Assembly (NCBI RefSeq): GCF_004376175.1
Contig: NZ_SNUY01000038.1
Coordinates: 7,206 to 39,205 of the forward strand
Source: Halalkalibacterium halodurans
GTDB lineage: Bacteria > Bacillota > Bacilli > Bacillales > Bacillaceae_D
Length of the DNA: 32,000 nucleotides
Direction: 5' to 3'
The translations under genes and the position numbers were made by a program. The notes under the pieces were generated by a model that saw nothing but the letters and a program-made list of their open reading frames with translations, ran no database searches and was not told the origin of the DNA. Below, piece after piece: positions 15,005 to 24,588 of this stretch (the first letter of the stretch is position 1; each line of letters opens with the position of its first letter).

Positions 15005-16720
15005 TTAATCTTCCATTGTCGAAAGGTCTCCCGTAGGTAAGTCTAGCTCCCATGCTTTTAACACACGACGCATAATTTTACCGCTGCGTGTTTTTGGTAG
15101 CTTATCCTTAAACTCGATCTCTCTTGGAGCGGCATGGGCAGCAAGACCTTCCTTCACAAATGTGCGAATATCTTCTTTTAACTCGTCGGTGAGTTCATAT
15201 CCATCGCGAAGGGAGACAAATGCCTTGATAATTTCGCCACGAACTGGATCAGGCTTTCCGATAACTCCCGCTTCAGCTACAGCAGGATGCTCTACTAGCT
15301 TGCTTTCTACCTCAAATGGACCGACTCGTTCCCCTGAGGTCATAATGACATCATCAATTCGGCCTTGGAACCAGAAATAGCCATCTTCATCCATATAAGC
15401 CGAATCACCAGAAACGTACCAGCCATCAATTTCAAAATAGCTGTTATACTTTTCTTCATTTTTCCATATGGCACGCATCATCGAAGGCCAGCCTTTGCGG
15501 ATCGCTAAATTCCCCATCCGATTCGGTGGTAGCTCATTCCCTTGATCATCGATGATGGCCGCTTTAATTCCTGGCAACGGTTTTCCCATTGAGCCTGGGC
15601 GAATGTCCATTGATGGATAGTTACAAATTAATTGCGCTCCTGTTTCTGTCATCCACCACGTATCATGAATACGCAAATCAAACACTTTCATCCCCCAGCG
15701 GACAACTTCTGGATTTAATGGTTCACCCACGCTTAAGATGTGGCGCAAAGACGATAGATCGTACTTTTTCACGAGCTCATCCCCGGCGCTCATTAACATT
15801 CGGAATGCGGTTGGTGCACTGTACCATACGGTTGCCTTATATTTTTGCAATGTCTCATACCAATCTGCTGGGCTAAAGCGACCACCGCGAATTACATTTG
15901 TCGCTCCACATAACCACGGGGCAAAAATCCCGTACGACGTCCCTGTTACCCAGCCAGGATCAGCAGTACACCAATAGACGTCATCCTCTTTTAAATCTAA
16001 CACCCATTTTCCTGTTTGGTAGTGTTGAATCATCGCATTGTGGACGTGTAATACTCCTTTTGGCTTCCCGGTAGATCCTGAAGTATAGTGTAAAATCAAG
16101 CCGTCTTCACGGTCCACCCATTCAATTTCTAAGTCATCCGATGCTTGAGTTAACTTAGAGAGAAAATCACGATAAGGCCCTTCTTCTTCAACATGATCAC
16201 CGACGATAAATACCGTTTCCAAATGTGGCAATTGGTCGACTGGTACACGTTGTAACAGATCTGGAGTTGTGATGAGAACTTTTGCTTCACTATCTTCTAA
16301 GCGATCTCTGACTGCCCCTTCCATAAAGGCTTCAAAAAGAGGTCCAACGATCGCACCAACCTTCACTGCGCCAAGCAATGCAAAATAAAGTTCAGGTGAG
16401 CGTGGCATGAAAATAAAGACCCGATCCCCTTTGCTGACTCCAGCATCGCGAAGAACGTTGCCAGCTTTATCTGTATACTTCTTCATATCAGCAAATGTAT
16501 ACTGCTCATCCCTTGTTGCGTCACTATAATAAAGAGCCACTTTATCTTGTCTGTTTGATTCTGCATGACGGTCAATGGCTTCATAGGCGAGATTCACTTT
16601 CCCTGTCTCATACCATGAAAACTGTTTTTCAACAGAAGACCAATCAAAGGTAGAGACAGCTTCATTGTAATCTTTTAGATTATGGTTCCCCTCTTTTGTT
16701 GGAAGCGCTTGCAAGTTCAT
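15005..16720 (-). CDS. acsA: acetyl-CoA synthetase
   Basis: AMP-binding motif YTSGSTGKPKG and the C-terminal acetylatable-lysine context PKTRSGKIMRR. N-terminus MNLQALPTKEGNHNLKDY parallels B. subtilis AcsA, so the start is set at ATG 16720. Divergent from acuABC. Confidence 0.95.
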   Translation of the reverse strand: MNLQALPTKEGNHNLKDYNEAVSTFDWSSVEKQFSWYETGKVNLAYEAIDRHAESNRQDKVALYYSDATRDEQYTFADMKKYTDKAGNVLRDAGVSKGDRVFIFMPRSPELYFALLGAVKVGAIVGPLFEAFMEGAVRDRLEDSEAKVLITTPDLLQRVPVDQLPHLETVFIVGDHVEEEGPYRDFLSKLTQASDDLEIEWVDREDGLILHYTSGSTGKPKGVLHVHNAMIQHYQTGKWVLDLKEDDVYWCTADPGWVTGTSYGIFAPWLCGATNVIRGGRFSPADWYETLQKYKATVWYSAPTAFRMLMSAGDELVKKYDLSSLRHILSVGEPLNPEVVRWGMKVFDLRIHDTWWMTETGAQLICNYPSMDIRPGSMGKPLPGIKAAIIDDQGNELPPNRMGNLAIRKGWPSMMRAIWKNEEKYNSYFEIDGWYVSGDSAYMDEDGYFWFQGRIDDVIMTSGERVGPFEVESKLVEHPAVAEAGVIGKPDPVRGEIIKAFVSLRDGYELTDELKEDIRTFVKEGLAAHAAPREIEFKDKLPKTRSGKIMRRVLKAWELDLPTGDLSTMED

Positions 16721-16759
16721 CAACCTCATCTCCCTCTCTTATTTTCAAATTCTCGTACT

Positions 16760-16788
16760 ATTATAGTACAGTTAGAAAATTTTTTCAA
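16760..16788 (-). promoter_or_regulatory. sigma-A promoter of acsA
   Basis: Minus strand: TTGAAA (16788-16783), 17 nt, TATAAT (16765-16760), ~40 nt upstream of the acsA start. Confidence 0.65.
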
Positions 16789-16961
16789 TTTCAAATTGTG
16801 TATTGGTTTTACTTATGAGAAAATTATCATGTGGCAATCCGCAGAACAAACAACAATTTGGGGCAACATCATGTATACTATGAATAGATATACAACCAAG
16901 GAAACAGAAAAAAGCGCGAGCGTAAATACGAGCGCTTCGATCATTAAAGGTGGTTCAAGTG

Positions 16962-17594
16962 ATGATTCATAAAAAAACGTACTATGCGGTAAAGCACGAA
17001 GCCAACGGATTTTCCCTCGTCCTTGAAGGTCCTTTATCAGGAAAACAGCTTTCGGAGCTCGACTTTCATGAAGGGCTCGTCGCTTTTCGTCCACCTAAGG
17101 AACAGAGAAAGGCCTTAATTGAAATAGCCGATTTACCCGAGGGCCGAGTGAATATTGTCCGTCATGAGCAAATGATCGTCGGCTATGTGACCTTTGTGTA
17201 CCCAGATCCGCTGGAACGTTGGTCACAAGGACAAATTGAAAATTTAATTGAGCTTGGTGCGATCGAAATTGCCCCTGAATATCGCGGAGCTCAGGTTGGA
17301 AAAAACCTTCTTAGACTATCGATGAAAGACGATGCAATGGAGGATTACATCATTATTACAACGGAGTATTACTGGCATTGGGACTTAAAAGGGAGTGGTC
17401 TCAATGTATGGGAATACCGAAAAGTGATGGAAAAAATGATGAACGCTGGCGGTCTGGAATGGTATGCGACAGATGACCCTGAAATATGCTCCCATCCGGC
17501 TAACTGCTTGATGGCCCGAATCGGGAAAAGAGTGGCCCCAGAGTCGATTCAGGCGTTCGATCAGCTGCGCTTCCAAAACCGGTTTATGTACTAA
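16962..17594 (+). CDS. acuA: acetoin utilization protein AcuA (GNAT acetyltransferase acting on AcsA)
   Basis: HKKTYY...LIEIADLPEGR...VGYVTFVYPDPLERWS closely parallels B. subtilis AcuA. RBS AAAGGTGG, 8 nt before ATG 16962. Confidence 0.9.
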   Translation: MIHKKTYYAVKHEANGFSLVLEGPLSGKQLSELDFHEGLVAFRPPKEQRKALIEIADLPEGRVNIVRHEQMIVGYVTFVYPDPLERWSQGQIENLIELGAIEIAPEYRGAQVGKNLLRLSMKDDAMEDYIIITTEYYWHWDLKGSGLNVWEYRKVMEKMMNAGGLEWYATDDPEICSHPANCLMARIGKRVAPESIQAFDQLRFQNRFMY

Positions 17595-17633
17595 TTCTAC
17601 TCTATAAGACACTCAAAAGAGGTGATCGTTTTC

Positions 17634-18281
17634 ATGCTCATCGAAGAGATTATGAAACGTAACGTCGTCACAATCCATGAACAAACAACGATCAAAGAAG
17701 CTTATCAGACGATGATTCTAGAAAAATTCCGCCACCTCCCTGTCATTACCAAATCAAAGGACGTTATCGGCATCGTAACAGATCAAGATATACGTGATGC
17801 TAGCCCGTCCATATTCCATCGTGATGAACATCAAGAGGACTTGCAGAAACCCGTATCTTCCATCATGACAAAGGATGTGATTACCGTCCATCCTCTAAAT
17901 TCAGTCGCAGAGACCGCGAGACTTCTTTATGAAAATCGCATTAGTTGTCTGCCAGTGACAGAAGGGGAGCAGCTTGTCGGGATCGTAACAGACACGGATG
18001 TTCTGCATACGCTCGTAGAATTGATGGGAGCTCACCAGCCGAGTTCACAAATTTATGTGCGCGTGGAAAATAAAGCTGGCCAATTAGCAGATGTAGCAGC
18101 AATTATGAAACAGCGGCAAATGAATATCGCAAGCGTCCTCGTCTACCCAGATAGGGAAGATGAACGTTATAAAATTTTAGCTTTTCGCATTCAATCGATG
18201 GATCCAAGGGGAACAATTAGTGACCTCCAATCAAAAGGGTATCACGTGCTGTGGCCCAACATTCCAGGGATCGCCACATGA
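17634..18281 (+). CDS. acuB: AcuB (CBS-pair plus ACT domain protein)
   Basis: MLIEEIMKRNVVT... with two CBS motifs (GIVTDQDI, GIVTDTDVL) and an ACT-like tail. RBS AAGAGGTGA. Confidence 0.9.
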   Translation: MLIEEIMKRNVVTIHEQTTIKEAYQTMILEKFRHLPVITKSKDVIGIVTDQDIRDASPSIFHRDEHQEDLQKPVSSIMTKDVITVHPLNSVAETARLLYENRISCLPVTEGEQLVGIVTDTDVLHTLVELMGAHQPSSQIYVRVENKAGQLADVAAIMKQRQMNIASVLVYPDREDERYKILAFRIQSMDPRGTISDLQSKGYHVLWPNIPGIAT

Positions 18282-19447
18282 AAAAAGCAAGCTTTGTCTA
18301 CTCAGAAAACCAGCTGTCGTATCAATTTCATTCGACCCACCCCTTTAACCATCAACGTTTGCGATTAACTTATGATCTGTTAAAAAGCATGGACGCTTTG
18401 GATGATTCAGAAATTGTAGCCCCTCGTGTAGCCACAGAGGCTGAACTCCGCCTCATTCACGATCAAGCGTTTATCGATGCAGTGAAGGCTGCCGGTAATG
18501 GAACGTTAAGCGATGGGGTCGCATTGAACTATGGTCTCGGAACGGAAGACACTCCGATATTTAAAAACATGCATGAAGCCGCAGCCCTTCTTGTCGGGGG
18601 CACGCTAACTGCTGTCGATCAAGTGATGGAAGGTCATGCCGAGCACTCCTGCCACCTAGGCGGCGGCTTACATCACGGGTTTCGTGGGAAAGCTTCAGGC
18701 TTCTGCGTTTACAATGATAGCTCAATCGCGATCGAATATATGAGACGCAAATTTGGTGCACGTGTTCTTTACATTGATACAGATGCCCATCATGGTGATG
18801 GTGTCCAATGGGCGTTTTATGAGGAGGACGATGTTTGTACATTGAGCATTCACGAAACCGGTCGCTACCTTTTCCCAGGAACAGGGAACTTTAATGAAAA
18901 AGGGCAAGGCGAAGGATATGGTTATTCGATTAACATTCCTCTCGATGCGTTTACGGAGGATGACTCCTTTTTATTCGCCTACGAACAGGCCGTTACAAAC
19001 GTCGTGAAATTTTTTAAACCAGACGTCATTTTAACGCAAAACGGGGCTGACGCTCACTTCCATGATCCGTTAACACACCTTTGCGCCTCAATGCGAACGT
19101 TCCGCTACATCCCTCAGCTTGCTCACGCCCTTGCCCATGAATATTGTGAGGGCCGATGGATTGCTGTCGGTGGTGGCGGCTATGATATTTGGCGAGTGGT
19201 TCCACGGGCATGGGCTATGATATGGCTTGAGATGACCGATCAATTGCAAAAAGCTAACGGGCCGTTACCTGAGCGATGGCTCAGTAAATGGACCACATAT
19301 GCTCAGCATCCTTTGCCTTCACATTGGGAAGATGAAAATGAAGAGTTACCTACCATTCCGCGCCGTGATGAAATTACAGAGAAAAACAAGAAAATTGTCG
19401 AGAAGGCATTGTATCACATTTACACAGAATTGAAAACGCAAACATAG
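18278..19447 (+). CDS. acuC: AcuC (class I HDAC-family deacetylase)
   Basis: HPFNHQRL, GGLHHG and DTDAHHGDG motifs. The start ATG overlaps the acuB stop (ATGA). Confidence 0.9.
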   Translation: MKKASFVYSENQLSYQFHSTHPFNHQRLRLTYDLLKSMDALDDSEIVAPRVATEAELRLIHDQAFIDAVKAAGNGTLSDGVALNYGLGTEDTPIFKNMHEAAALLVGGTLTAVDQVMEGHAEHSCHLGGGLHHGFRGKASGFCVYNDSSIAIEYMRRKFGARVLYIDTDAHHGDGVQWAFYEEDDVCTLSIHETGRYLFPGTGNFNEKGQGEGYGYSINIPLDAFTEDDSFLFAYEQAVTNVVKFFKPDVILTQNGADAHFHDPLTHLCASMRTFRYIPQLAHALAHEYCEGRWIAVGGGGYDIWRVVPRAWAMIWLEMTDQLQKANGPLPERWLSKWTTYAQHPLPSHWEDENEELPTIPRRDEITEKNKKIVEKALYHIYTELKTQT

Positions 19448-19485
19448 ACAGTTTATGAAAACATGTCTAGTTGTCGTATATGTGC

Positions 19486-19523
19486 CGAGAGACTGGAGAT
19501 AAACTTGGCATTCCAGTCTCTCG
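19486..19523. terminator. 12-bp hairpin between the convergent acuC and mtnN genes
   Basis: CGAGAGACTGGA / TCCAGTCTCTCG is a perfect stem. U-tracts are weak in both directions. Confidence 0.5.
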
Positions 19524-19526
19524 TTC

Positions 19527-20228
19527 CTATGTAAGCTTTTTGAGCATCCCACTTACAATTAATTGTGATTGCTCACTGGCGATTTTCGTAAATTCAGCAA
19601 AGGATATATTCGCTTCCTCGTTCGCTTTATCAGAAATCGAACGAATTACGACAAACGGAATCTGATTCAGCGCTGCCACTTGAGCAACAGCTGCCCCTTC
19701 CATCTCAACACAAACAGCATCAAATTTCTCAGCAAGCTCTCTCACCCTATGGCGATCAGCAATAAATTGGTCACCGCTCACAATTCGTCCCTTAACAACC
19801 TTTCGTCCCGTCTCGTTTGTCGCTACATCATAAGCTACAGATGCAAGCCATTCATCTGCTAAAAAGTCAGATGATCGTTCAAACATCGGAATTTCTCCTC
19901 GCTTGAATCCAAGAGGGGTACCATCCATGTCATGATGCTGAAGTGATGTAGAGATGACAAGGTCTGCAACTTCAAGTGAAGGAGATAAAGCTCCAGCAAC
20001 CCCAGTAAAAATGATGGCGTCTACATGAAAGTGGTCAATTAATAATTGGGTTGTCATCGCGGCGTTCACTTTACCCACACCTGATTTAACGAGTACGACT
20101 CGTGCCCCATGAATGGTCCCTTCATAAAAACAAACGGTCGCTAAAGTCGACTCGCTGATGACATCCATTTGCTCTTTTATTAATGCTAGTTCTTCCTTCA
20201 TTGCGCCAATGAGACCAATTGTTTTCAT
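19527..20228 (-). CDS. mtnN: 5'-methylthioadenosine/S-adenosylhomocysteine nucleosidase
   Basis: MKTIGLIGAMKEEL...KSGVGKVNAA...VEMEGAAVAQV...IRSISD is the typical MtnN/Pfs pattern. Start ATG 20228. Confidence 0.85.
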   Translation of the reverse strand: MKTIGLIGAMKEELALIKEQMDVISESTLATVCFYEGTIHGARVVLVKSGVGKVNAAMTTQLLIDHFHVDAIIFTGVAGALSPSLEVADLVISTSLQHHDMDGTPLGFKRGEIPMFERSSDFLADEWLASVAYDVATNETGRKVVKGRIVSGDQFIADRHRVRELAEKFDAVCVEMEGAAVAQVAALNQIPFVVIRSISDKANEEANISFAEFTKIASEQSQLIVSGMLKKLT

Positions 20229-20346
20229 GGTCTTTTCTTCCCCCTTTGGAAAATAAGTAATCATTTCTTTGTCAAACAACAGATTGCCACCGTTAGTATG
20301 TCACAAGTCAATCCTCTGCCATTATCCATGTGCTTCCTAGATTGTA

Positions 20347-20378
20347 GAAAAAAACAACCCTCATGCAAGAGGATTGTT
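20347..20378 (-). terminator. terminator of motS
   Basis: AACAAUCCUC-UUGCAU-GAGGGUUGUU followed by UUUUUUC on the minus strand. Confidence 0.7.
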
Positions 20379-20389
20379 AAGTTGCTGCA

Positions 20390-21142
20390 TTAAAACGTAT
20401 CATCTGGATTTGTGGTAGGGTCTGAGATAACGATAATAACCCTACGGTTTTGCTGCAGATTTTCTTCTGTTGTGTTCGGGACAACAGGCCTTGTATCACC
20501 GAAGCCTGTAGCGATAAACCTACTAGGGTCAACATTATGATGATCGATAATATAACGAATGACACTGCTCGCTCTCGCACCTGATAATTCCCAATTTGAA
20601 GGGTAACGGTACGTCGAGATCGGCCGGTTATCGGTATGACCTTCCACTTTGACGATATTCGGAATTAATTCTACTAAGGTTCCGACCTTATCAAGAAATG
20701 GTCTTGCTCCTGGTAAAACCTCAGCTTCTCCTGTCTCAAAGAGAGCTTGTTCTTGCAAAATGAGAACAACCCCTCGATCATCCCGGGTGGCAGAAATTTG
20801 TTCTGTCAATTCATTCTCTTCTAAGAACTCTTCCACCTCAGCTAGCAGTTCATCAAGATCCACTTCATCCTTTTGCTCATCGCCATACTCTCCTTCATCG
20901 AACGGTTCTTTCCGCTCTTCTCCCCGATCTTCTTTTGGACTTTCAAAATCGATTGCAGAGGGAAGGAATTCAAATACTTGTCGCTGTTGAAACGACTCTG
21001 CAATGGCTCGAAACTTTTGCGCATCAACTACAGACATGGAGAACAAGAGGATGAAAAAGACGAGAATGAGCGTCATCAAATCAGAAAAAGTAACCATCCA
21101 TCTTGGTGCTCCTTTTTCTGGCTGACGTTTTCTACGCTTCAT
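20390..21142 (-). CDS. motS: MotB-family flagellar stator protein (MotS-like)
   Basis: N-terminal MotB plug/TM (WMVTFSDLMTLILVFF) and a C-terminal OmpA-like domain (GHTDN...NRRV). Overlaps motP by 11 nt. Lies downstream of ccpA, as motPS does in B. subtilis. Confidence 0.8.
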   Translation of the reverse strand: MKRRKRQPEKGAPRWMVTFSDLMTLILVFFILLFSMSVVDAQKFRAIAESFQQRQVFEFLPSAIDFESPKEDRGEERKEPFDEGEYGDEQKDEVDLDELLAEVEEFLEENELTEQISATRDDRGVVLILQEQALFETGEAEVLPGARPFLDKVGTLVELIPNIVKVEGHTDNRPISTYRYPSNWELSGARASSVIRYIIDHHNVDPSRFIATGFGDTRPVVPNTTEENLQQNRRVIIVISDPTTNPDDTF

Positions 21143-21941
21143 TCGCTTCGTCCCCCGTTTCTTCGTCTGCTTCCTTATCTTTCTTCGTAATAAATGCGCT
21201 TAGTTTCTCTTCAAGGATTTTCGGGTTCTGACCTGACTGAACACCGATTACTCCTTCAATAATAATCTGCTTCACAAACACTTCGCTGTCTGTTTTGTTC
21301 ATGAGCTTGGTGGACATCGGTAAGAAGACAAGGTTTGCTAACACCGTTCCATAGAGAGTTGTCAACAAAGCCACCGCCATGTTTGGTCCAAGAGTTGATG
21401 GATCATTTAAGTTTTGCAACATTAACACGAGTCCGATTAATGTACCGATCATTCCCCAGGCTGGCGCATACTCTGCCGCCTTATCAATCAGCGCTCGGCT
21501 CTTTGTATGCCGCTCTTCCATCGCGGTCACTTCAGCCATCATAATGTCTTTAATCACATCTGGTTCAATACCATCGACAGCAAGAAGGATCCCTTTCCGA
21601 ATAAACGGATCTTCCACCTCTTCATCAAGACCGGCTTCTAATGCTAGTAGCCCTTCTCTTCTTGCCTTTCCTGACAGATTCACGAATGTCTGTACAAGTT
21701 TCCCCAAATCGTGATCTTGCGTTCGAAAGGCCTCCATTAGTACTCTTGGCACTTGTTTTAACTCGGTAAAAGAAAAGGTAATAACGAGTGCCGATACGAT
21801 TCCTCCAATAACGATAAGAACGGAGGAAATCTGGATGAAGAAGACGATTCCTGAAGGACCAGAGTTTGAGAACACAGCTAATAATAGAACTGTAATTCCA
21901 AGAAAAAGACCCACAGGTGTTAAAATATCAAATTTTTTCAT
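21132..21941 (-). CDS. motP: MotA-family flagellar stator protein (MotP-like)
   Basis: MotA/TolQ/ExbB channel pattern (..AWGMIGTLIGLV..ALLTTLYG..). Only 26 nt separates it from the ccpA stop, implying cotranscription. Confidence 0.8.
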   Translation of the reverse strand: MKKFDILTPVGLFLGITVLLLAVFSNSGPSGIVFFIQISSVLIVIGGIVSALVITFSFTELKQVPRVLMEAFRTQDHDLGKLVQTFVNLSGKARREGLLALEAGLDEEVEDPFIRKGILLAVDGIEPDVIKDIMMAEVTAMEERHTKSRALIDKAAEYAPAWGMIGTLIGLVLMLQNLNDPSTLGPNMAVALLTTLYGTVLANLVFLPMSTKLMNKTDSEVFVKQIIIEGVIGVQSGQNPKILEEKLSAFITKKDKEADEETGDEANEA

Positions 21942-21988
21942 ATCCCTCTCCCTGCCTATCACGTGATGAATCTAGATGTCACGGAGAG

Positions 21989-22990
21989 CTAGGGTCTTGT
22001 CGATTGGCGAAACTCAATGCGGTGCGGAAGTTCGACGATATGCTCACTTACCTCTTCTTTGTTCATATACTTAGTCAATAACCGCATGGAAACAGCCCCT
22101 ATATCATAAATAGGCTGGACTACTGTTGAAAGGGTTGGGCGAACCATTGTCGCTAGGCGGGTATTGTCAAAACCGATGACTTCAATATCATCCGGGATAT
22201 TAAGTCCATGATCCTGAGCCCCATGAATAATACCTAACGCCATTTCATCGGTTGCTACAAAGATCGCGGTCGGTCTTTTCTCTAGCTTCGTAAAGACGTT
22301 CATCGCATCAATCCCTGAATCATATGTATAATCGCCGATGACGACCATCGATTCATCGAATGCAACGCCTCTCTCTTCCAACGCTTCCCGGTAGCCTGCA
22401 TATTTTTGATAGCCATTTACAGGATCCTCTAACGACCCAGAAACCATGCCAATGGAAGTATGTCCTTTTTCAATTAAATAGGTGACAGCATCGAAAGCAG
22501 CTTGTTTGTAATCGATGTTTACAGATGGGATTTCTTTTTCTGCATCTAAAGTTGCTGCTAATACAACTGGAACATGCGCCCGCTTGAATTCTTCTGCATG
22601 CTCATTTGTAATTTCTCCACCCATGAAGACAATACCATCCACTTGTTTCTCTAAAAGAGTGTTGATGAGATGGATTTCCTTTTCTTTGTTTTGATCAGAG
22701 TTACAAAGAATGATGTTATACTTGTACATCGTCGCGATATCTTCAATCCCCCGTGCAAGTTCTGCAAAGAAGATACTTGAGATATCTGGAATAACCACCC
22801 CAACTGTCGTCGTCCGCTTACTCGCCAATCCTCTTGCTACAGCATTTGGTCTATACCCAAGTCGTTCGATGGCTTCCAGCACCTTTTTTCGCGTCGCTGG
22901 TTTTACATTTGGATTGCCATTGACCACTCGGGATACCGTTGCCATAGATACCCCTGCTTCACGTGCAACATCATAAATCGTAGTATTCAA
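21989..22990 (-). CDS. ccpA: catabolite control protein A
   Basis: [54 protein letters not shown]...[14 protein letters not shown] is near-identical to B. subtilis CcpA as recalled. Confidence 0.95.
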   Translation of the reverse strand: MNTTIYDVAREAGVSMATVSRVVNGNPNVKPATRKKVLEAIERLGYRPNAVARGLASKRTTTVGVVIPDISSIFFAELARGIEDIATMYKYNIILCNSDQNKEKEIHLINTLLEKQVDGIVFMGGEITNEHAEEFKRAHVPVVLAATLDAEKEIPSVNIDYKQAAFDAVTYLIEKGHTSIGMVSGSLEDPVNGYQKYAGYREALEERGVAFDESMVVIGDYTYDSGIDAMNVFTKLEKRPTAIFVATDEMALGIIHGAQDHGLNIPDDIEVIGFDNTRLATMVRPTLSTVVQPIYDIGAVSMRLLTKYMNKEEVSEHIVELPHRIEFRQSTRP

Positions 22991-23123
22991 TGTGATCCTC
23001 CTCTATCTAAAGGAATAATTTTTCATATGAATGTATTGTTATCATACGATACTATGAGGAGGTCCGCAATGTCTTACTCTACTTATATCGACATTAATGA
23101 AAAAACTTTCAACATTTTTTCAT

Positions 23124-23155
23124 AAAAGGCGAGTTCTTTTTGATCGTAACTCGCC
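23124..23155 (-). terminator. second hairpin terminator between aroA and ccpA
   Basis: GGCGAGTT (23128-23135) / AACTCGCC (23148-23155), followed on the minus strand by UUUUAUG. Confidence 0.5.
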
Positions 23156-23263
23156 CTATTTCAACACGAACCTACTCCTATTTATACCTTTCCCATTTTT
23201 TAGCTTATCCACTCTATGTAGATGTATTTTTTGGCCATAGCCGATCGTTATCAGATAACAGCG

Positions 23264-23290
23264 AAAAACTCCTCATTATTGAGGAGTTTT
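23264..23290 (-). terminator. aroA terminator, overlapping the stop codon
   Basis: AAAACTCCTCA-ttat-TGAGGAGTTTT. The aroA stop (23276-23278) lies in the loop. The minus strand continues UUUUUCG. Confidence 0.65.
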
Positions 23291-24370
23291 CGTTGCATCT
23301 TTGTATAGTCCTGATGCAATAAGATCATCGACAAATGCATGGAATTGCCCGATGTCCATTTGTTGTGCTGAGTCTGACAAAGCAACAGCAGGATCTGGAT
23401 GCACTTCAGCCATTACCGCATCGGCGCCGATAGCAAGAGCTGCCTTTGCTGTCGGGAGAAGCAGATCACGTCGGCCAGTAGAGTGAGTCACATCTACTAG
23501 AACCGGTAAATGCGTTTCTTGCTTCAAGATTGGTACCGCTGAAATATCGAGTGTGTTTCTCGTTGCTTTTTCGTAAGTGCGAATGCCACGCTCACATAGC
23601 ATGATCTGCCCATTTCCTTTTGAAACGATATACTCTGCCGCGTGAATGAATTCAGAAATCGTTGCTGATAGACCTCGTTTTAATAGAACAGGTTTGTTCA
23701 CAGACCCGGCAGCTTTCAACAGTTCAAAGTTTTGCATGTTACGGGCTCCAATTTGAATCACATCGATATAATCGATTGCTTCTTCAAGGTCCGCTGGCGT
23801 TACAATTTCACTAATGACCGCTAAGTCGAACTCATCTGCCACACGTTTTAAAATTTTTAACCCTTCAAGTCCTAATCCTTGGAAGTCGTAAGGCGATGTT
23901 CTTGGCTTGTATGCACCACCACGCAATAGTTTAAGTCCTCTTGCTTTTACTTCCTTTGCTACAGCCGCTACTTGCTCGTAGCTTTCAACTGCACAAGGTC
24001 CCATAATAAGACGTTGCTCGCCATCGCCAACTGTTTCCCCTTTCACGTTGACAATCGTGTTCTCAGGGTGTTTTTTCCGTGAAACAAGTAGCGCTTTACG
24101 GTTATCATCTTCTTGAAGTTCGAGGCTTGCTTTGAAAATTTCCTTAAAAATATGTTGGAGGGTCGATGTTTCAAACGGCCCTTTATTGTTTTCTGCGATA
24201 TGGTTCAACATATTTCGCTCGCGAACAGGGTCAAAACGATTAACGCCTTGCTTGCTCTTTAGCTGACCGATTTCCTGCACGAGTTGCGCGCGCTCATTAA
24301 TCAATTCAAGAAGCTTTAAGTTTACCTCATCTAACTTATCTCTTAACAAATCTAGCTGCTCATTGCTCAC
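23276..24370 (-). CDS. aroA: bifunctional chorismate mutase / 3-deoxy-7-phosphoheptulonate (DAHP) synthase
   Basis: Collinear with B. subtilis AroA(G): N-terminal CM domain ([20 protein letters not shown]), then a KDSA-type DAHPS domain (GPCAVES...[18 protein letters not shown]). GTG start after AAGGAG. Confidence 0.95.
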   Translation of the reverse strand: MSNEQLDLLRDKLDEVNLKLLELINERAQLVQEIGQLKSKQGVNRFDPVRERNMLNHIAENNKGPFETSTLQHIFKEIFKASLELQEDDNRKALLVSRKKHPENTIVNVKGETVGDGEQRLIMGPCAVESYEQVAAVAKEVKARGLKLLRGGAYKPRTSPYDFQGLGLEGLKILKRVADEFDLAVISEIVTPADLEEAIDYIDVIQIGARNMQNFELLKAAGSVNKPVLLKRGLSATISEFIHAAEYIVSKGNGQIMLCERGIRTYEKATRNTLDISAVPILKQETHLPVLVDVTHSTGRRDLLLPTAKAALAIGADAVMAEVHPDPAVALSDSAQQMDIGQFHAFVDDLIASGLYKDATKTPQ

Positions 24371-24416
24371 TATTCTCCACTCCTTCGTTTTGCTTGGCTT
24401 CTATCGATTACGGACT

Positions 24417-24445
24417 ATTATAAACGATCCTTTTTCAAATGTCAC
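24417..24445 (-). promoter_or_regulatory. candidate sigma-A promoter of aroA
   Basis: GTGACA (24445-24440), 17 nt, TATAAT (24422-24417). Confidence 0.5.
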
Positions 24446-24588
24446 GAACTTTTTCTTTATTAATTAGACGCTTTTAAGCACTAAAGTAAAAATAGTACGA
24501 AAGGATGACGCCCAAGGTAAATTTCGCTAAAATAGAAGAAGCGGTATACGTTTGCCGCCTTTATTTTGAACAAGTAGGTGATCGATCC

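Noticed and set aside
16730-16961. Search for a CcpA cre site or clear CodY box in the acsA-acuA intergenic region
   Set aside because: Only weak partial matches were found (AT-rich AATTTT runs at ~9-10/15 to the CodY consensus, and no TGxAAxCGxxxxCA match). Not reportable as sites.
23247-23259. Palindrome GTTATCaGATAAC between the two aroA-ccpA hairpins
   Set aside because: It is a 6+1+6 bp palindrome in non-coding DNA with no associated gene or second copy. It could easily be chance.
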